Program-made: the position numbers and the translations under genes
The notes under the pieces: model-generated
The model's database searches: none
Told to the model about the DNA's origin: nothing
Seen by the model: only the letters and a program-made list of their open reading frames with translations
Source of the DNA: Paraspadella gotoi
Lineage: Eukaryota; Animalia; Chaetognatha
DNA length: 64,000 nucleotides
Assembly: GCA_051294375.1 (NCBI GenBank)
Contig: CM119269.1
Coordinates: 6,833,552-6,897,551, forward strand
Reading direction: 5' to 3'
Shown: positions 59,301 to 64,000 of the stretch, piece by piece
Numbering within the stretch: position 1 is the stretch's first letter
Layout of the letters: each line of letters begins with the position of its first letter

Positions 59301-60404
59301 ATTATCACAATATGTAAAATTTCATAAAATTCGATCGGGTAGTTTGTAAGGAACCAATTAAGGTCACAAAAAACACGACCTCATTTCATAATCTGAAGCC
59401 TTCTGTAGAACAGGATCAAAACTGTCTCCCTGTATCCCGTACTACACCTTTCTTAACCCTCCCCATCTACTGCAACCACCCCCATCCAAAAATCCCCCCT
59501 GCACTCCACCGTGACTTTGACGATTCCTCCGAAAGGCTCTTCGTTCGTCGCGGTGACATTGTATGTGAGGATTCCATCTTCAAGTCGCTTGACTCCATCG
59601 CTCTCCACGGTGAGAAGCGATTCGCTGGCGCCGATCGCTATTGAGCGATTGTCTAAATGACGTGGGAGAAAGGGATTTAAAAGAAATAAATTAAAATGAA
59701 AATAATGATACAGAAAAACTAAAAAGGCAAGAGAGAAAAATTCGAGAAAGTAACTGGTCGGAACGAATTTTTGTATCTTTCAGTTTCACTTCGGATTATG
59801 CACATGCAGTCCATTGCCCGAAAATCTCTTTACCTTCGGTCGATGATAAAAGATGGACCCACTGAAGATGATAGACGTAGTTGGAGAGGAGGCTCGTTGG
59901 TTTCCACTTCACTTCGAACTTGGACCAAGACCGAGCCTCAACTTCAAATAAATCCATGGTGATTGCTGATAGGAAAATAACGGAGGCAAAATCAGGATAG
60001 AGAAAAATAGAGATGTTATCTTGGGAAGTAAAAACCACAAACACACACACACAAAAAAATACATACCAATTAGTTCTGGCTTCCGTTTTTTGTTTGCCCC
60101 CCACTTAAACTTATTTAGATTGGCACTATCGATCAAATTATATCCAATATCAAATTATATAGTAAAATTTAGCCCATTTATGAATAATTACTATCAAAAT
60201 TTTTATATTATATATCCCTGTACCTGAGATCCAAACGAATGAGTCGCCATTGTTTGAGTCACGTCATGATTTTTAATGTCCATTTCCCGATGATAAACTG
60301 TGTAGACAACAACTCCCTTAGAAAATCATTGACTCACCACCAACAGTTTGGTGCAAGAAAGTATAAGTTTGAGCCGAGATGCGAAGGATGTTAATAAAAC
60401 ACAT
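50347..60404 (-). CDS. Receptor tyrosine kinase, ROS1/Sevenless-like
   Basis: Kinase exons: 55807-55991 ([28 protein letters not shown]), 54907-55088, ~54581-54727 ([13 protein letters not shown]), ~54408-54502 ([21 protein letters not shown]), ~53928-54087 ([11 protein letters not shown]), ~53722-53840. TM exon ~56364-56482 ([24 protein letters not shown]). Juxtamembrane NPLY at 56116-56287. FN3-like extracellular exons at 57.1-60.0 kb. Long Ser/Pro-rich tail to stop at 50347. The start at 60404 is tentative. Confidence 0.9.
52361..52471. repeat. Near-perfect inverted repeat (~52-bp arms, 8-nt loop)
   Basis: TATTAGGAAATGTTTATTGAGTGCCAATACAACGAT7ATTATCAATA-ACATGTAC-TATTGATAATA6TCGTTGTATTGGCACTCAATAAACATTTCCTAATA; one homopolymer indel between arms. 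Confidence 0.95.
58737..59407. mobile_element. MITE-like element, same family as 40252-41505 but without the inserted cassettes
   Basis: Shares internal sequence (GACCCCTGAGC-GAGATATGGGCCC, GTTGCACAGACGTTTACTCTTC, GCACCTGATGCTAC) and the right end TGAAGCCTTCTGTAG; lies in an RTK intron. Confidence 0.8.
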
Positions 60405-60958
60405 CAATCACAAAGCAAAAGTCAAAGAAACCTGAAAAAAAAAAACAACAAAAAACGCCGTCGATTAAAACGTTCGTATGAAGGGGCTTATCAAGACATT
60501 TCTGTTAAAACTATGTACATATTTATATATATATATATATTCTCCTTCATAATCATAAGAATTTATTCACATTTGATTAAAAATGAAAATAAATAAAATA
60601 AAAGAACAAGCAAATACCGCCACCTATTCTGAGACGCCAGAGCTAGAAAAAAAATTACAAAAAATAGAACCGAAGATACTATTCTGTCCATCTATTCAAA
60701 TTCTATTGTGAGGCTGAAGTTTATCTGATATCTTAGTAAGCTTGTCAAGTCTCTATTAATTTTTTCAGTTTAACTAATTAATTAATTTCACCCGTAAAAT
60801 GAACAAAGCAACAATTAAAGAAGATTGAATTATCGTTAGAAATTAACGACAGAATATTTAATTTTAAGTTAGCAAACTTACAAATCGAAGTGTAATTTAA
60901 AACGAATAAGAATATTTTAAACTAAATATAAGACTAAGATTGACAATGTATTCAGCGA

Positions 60959-63883
60959 TTAAGAATGATGCAGATCGTTCAAGTCGTTTCTTGAGTTGGC
61001 GAACTTCTGCGCTGCAGCGTCGGCGCCGCGGACGGGAAGCGGCGTGTTCGGCGTCCCATCGCTTTTCATCTTCGATTTTAATTCCTTGCAAATTATATTT
61101 TTCTTAAAGTTAAAAGTCAAACCAATGATTTTCCTATCCTATCTTTCCCTACGTCCAACCTGCAACACAGATATGCCAGGCGGTAGCTGCTGCTGATCGG
61201 CGAAGACATCCTCTATACTGCGGCGTCCGTGCGCCTCTTCCCGGAAGGAGCGCTGCGTGTAGGCGTACCACCTCCGCTTGAAGGCGAGGTCGAGAGAGTT
61301 CTTGGTGAAGCTCTTGGAGTAGGACCTCTTATCTTTGCCCTTGCGATGTCGGCGATGACTTCGGTGAACCGGTTTCCCGGCTGCGAATTGAAAATATAAT
61401 AATTAATTATTAATGATAATAAAACGGGAGAAGCGAAATCTCCGCAGTTAAGAAATGGCCCCGCTCACCGATCTCTTCCGCCGGGCCCTTTCCGCCGACT
61501 ATCGGCGACGCCCCCTTCTTATTGTTGTCCGCGATGATTTGCGCGTCGATGGAAGCGTAGTGGTGCTCGTCTGATATATTACAGATGTTAGTTCAATGCT
61601 AAATAAACCAGGGAAGTGACCCTTGTCAAGAAGTTTATCCCAGTTTCAACGTTGTCAGGTTATTAAACCCTTATTTGTATTATTGAATTCTTATTTATTT
61701 CATAGAAAAAAAATATACAATTTAAAATGGGGCGACCTACAGTACCTGGGATGTTTCCGCCCCTGGCGTCCGACTCGTAGTCAACGTTAGAATCTTCAGG
61801 GAAACTCGTGTCGTTCTCGTCGGAGTCGCTGTAGTCGGGCAGAGGGAACTCGTCGTCCTCCTCCAAGCCCTAATTAGGTCAAATGGTGATCAAATAAAAT
61901 CATGACATCCGACATTTCGCCATCCCATCGGTTGAACTCGCCTTGATCTGCTGCAACTCCTTGACGGCGTCGACGACCTGTTCCACCGCAAATTTCTCTT
62001 GCTTCTTCTTGAATTCGGTGAAGGCGAGGATGTGGAGGAAAGTGCCCCAGCGATGCCACAGCATGGAGACAAACTGTAAGAAGAGGAAAGTTAATTTTCT
62101 ATTCTAAGCATGTATAATTGTATATTGTAATACTAAATTGTATATTAAAGTAGGTCATACGATAAGTACCTTCTGTAATAAATTTGTTTTGTTTATTCTT
62201 AAAATTTATTAAAGAATACTTAGCTATGATGGTGATGTCACGCACCTGAATTCCCAAAATAACGGCGAAGAAGATTAAGTGGACGAGACCCAAAGGCTCC
62301 AATTGGATCTGGTTGTCGTAGATCCAAAGAGGGATTGTCACGTAGAGGGTGTCGGCGAGACGCTCGTGGACGAGCATGAGTGGGAAGACAAGCGCCATCC
62401 TGTGTCCGACAAATCAGATGAATTAACGCACCAAATAGATCGATTTATCAGCTGAAAATTGGCATTAATCGATCCAAAGATCCAATAATAAATCACTGTG
62501 GCGGTATATTCACACCGCCTCACCTCCAGCTTTATTCAGCCAATCTCATTGGCTCAGAAGGGGAACGTACCATCCCATTACGTTCTATTTGCTTAAGACT
62601 TCTGTTTTGGCAAAGCGAGATCGGCCTTGGGTAACCGCGCCAGTGACAGGAGGCGTCACTGAGGGTCGGTAGCCCCTAAATCCAACAGCCCCATCCCAAT
62701 GGGCATCACAGTCAACTCGACAGTTGCCATACAACTAGATTTTAATGAAACCATTAACCGATTCATCTACAAATGCCAACCAGAGAGCGTTGAACATCAA
62801 GAAAGCGAAGGAGAGTCGATCTCTCAGAACTTTGAACTCTTCCTTGACTTTCTTCTCTTGTCTTCGGTCGCATGGAAACGGCCGAAGATACTTGGCGATC
62901 ATCTTCGTCCAAAACTGAAGCTCCTTTTCATCGAGAAATCTACGAGGAGATTCGAAGTTCGAGAAGAAAAAAAATCAATGCAATAAAGTCATAGGAATAA
63001 AAATAGTCTATATTGAATGACAATTAGTAGATTCCAACGCGGCCTGACCTGATCTTTCCATCCCTGAGAACCTTCTCGTTGATCCAAAAAGGATTTCTAA
63101 GATCGTCACGCTTAAGCTTGTTTGGCGGCCGCGCGCTGTAGATCATCTCCTGAGCGGCGAGGGATATCTCACCCATGGCGGAGAGCTCTTTAGCCTGACG
63201 GCTGAGCGGGTCGTCGTCGTCGGACAAGCCCATGCGGGCGAGCATCTCCTGCTTCTCGATCCTTTCCAGGATGATGAGCACTTGGCGGAGGAGAGCGTCG
63301 GAGACGGTCTGCGATCGGCCGTCGTCGATCATCTCCACGATCGCTTTGGCTTTTTTCACCTGACGTACAGTTTTGGTTTGTCATTTTATTAATAATAGGT
63401 TTGGATTGTTTTGCTCCAAAAAAATAATTATATTAGTATGGCAATAACAAAAATTTTATTCAGGCAGTTAAAAACAAGGTCAAGTACCAACGCGATAATT
63501 ATTGAGGGAAGAGCGACTCGGAAATCTATGAACAATTGAACGTCGAATGGCTAACTTTTTAAAAGAAGTATGAGAAGATAAAAAATAAATATAATATATT
63601 TATTTTAATTTAATAAATTTTTCAACTATTGTTTTAAAAAGCATATAGTTTTATACTAATTAATTGTAAATTTAACAAGGATGTCAGTCTACTTTATCTT
63701 TAAGATCCTAAAATTGAGAGAATAAACTAAACTTCTACTAGAAAAAGACGAGACCTGCTGATAATCCTCCTCCTCTTGCTTCTTGCCGATGTCCTCCCTC
63801 GTTCCCCACTCGGAAACGTGGAGATTGCAGAGAGAATAGATGATCACCAAAATGTATCCGATGGGTATGCAAAGGAAGTAAAT
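60959..63883 (-). CDS. Chitin synthase, C-terminal portion (gene continues beyond the window)
   Basis: Exon 63755-63883 has YSLCNLHVSEWGTRE (WGTRE signature). ~63048-63359 coiled coil/FWINE; ~62772-62939 ELQFWTKMIAKYLRP..LRDRLSFAFLMFNALW; ~62246-62400 LEPLGLVHLIFFAVILGIQ; ~61890-62073 FVSMLWHRWGTFLHILA; ~61160-61381 LDLAFKRR; last exon ends at TAA 60959-60961. Confidence 0.92.
62496..62731 (+). mobile_element. Structured cassette, solo copy in a chitin synthase intron
   Basis: Near-colinear with 41219-41474 (CTGTGGCGGTATATTCACACCGCCTCAC; GCCAGTGAC.GGAGGCGTCACTGAGGGTCGG; CCCAATGGGCATCACAG; GTTGCCATA). Confidence 0.75.
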
Positions 63884-64000
63884 CTGTCCAAAACGAAGAC
63901 TCGATGGCAATTTGTTTTTTTCCATTCATTGGACAAAATCCGTGTTTGACAGGATATATACTGTAAAACATTCTTTTTTTTTATTACCATCAACGGGTAG

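Overview
Intron-rich invertebrate-type animal genomic DNA, full of (GA/CT)n microsatellites and with 4 N-gaps. Most entries in the ORF track are low-complexity artefacts. Four spliced protein-coding genes were reconstructed by hand. (1) A ~44-kb anoctamin/TMEM16 gene (+, 4692-49029) with very large low-complexity insertions. (2) A complete CLCA-family gene (+, 39698-44230) nested on the same strand inside the anoctamin intron that follows the TM6 exon. Its zinc-metalloprotease motif reads HQWGH instead of HExxH. (3) A ROS1/Sevenless-like receptor tyrosine kinase (-, ~50347-60404). (4) The 3' part of a chitin synthase (-, 60959 to beyond 63883). The headline candidate system is the anoctamin host with a nested, apparently self-cleavage-dead, membrane-anchored CLCA; CLCA1 is a known regulator of TMEM16A in mammals, where the genes are unlinked. 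A secondary finding is a ~255-nt structured mobile cassette (4 copies), two of which sit at the same position in the two arms of a MITE in CLCA intron 1. The ~9.6-kb tandem duplication at 19.5-38.9 kb is most likely a gap-filling assembly artefact. All gene models are manual and lack transcript support.
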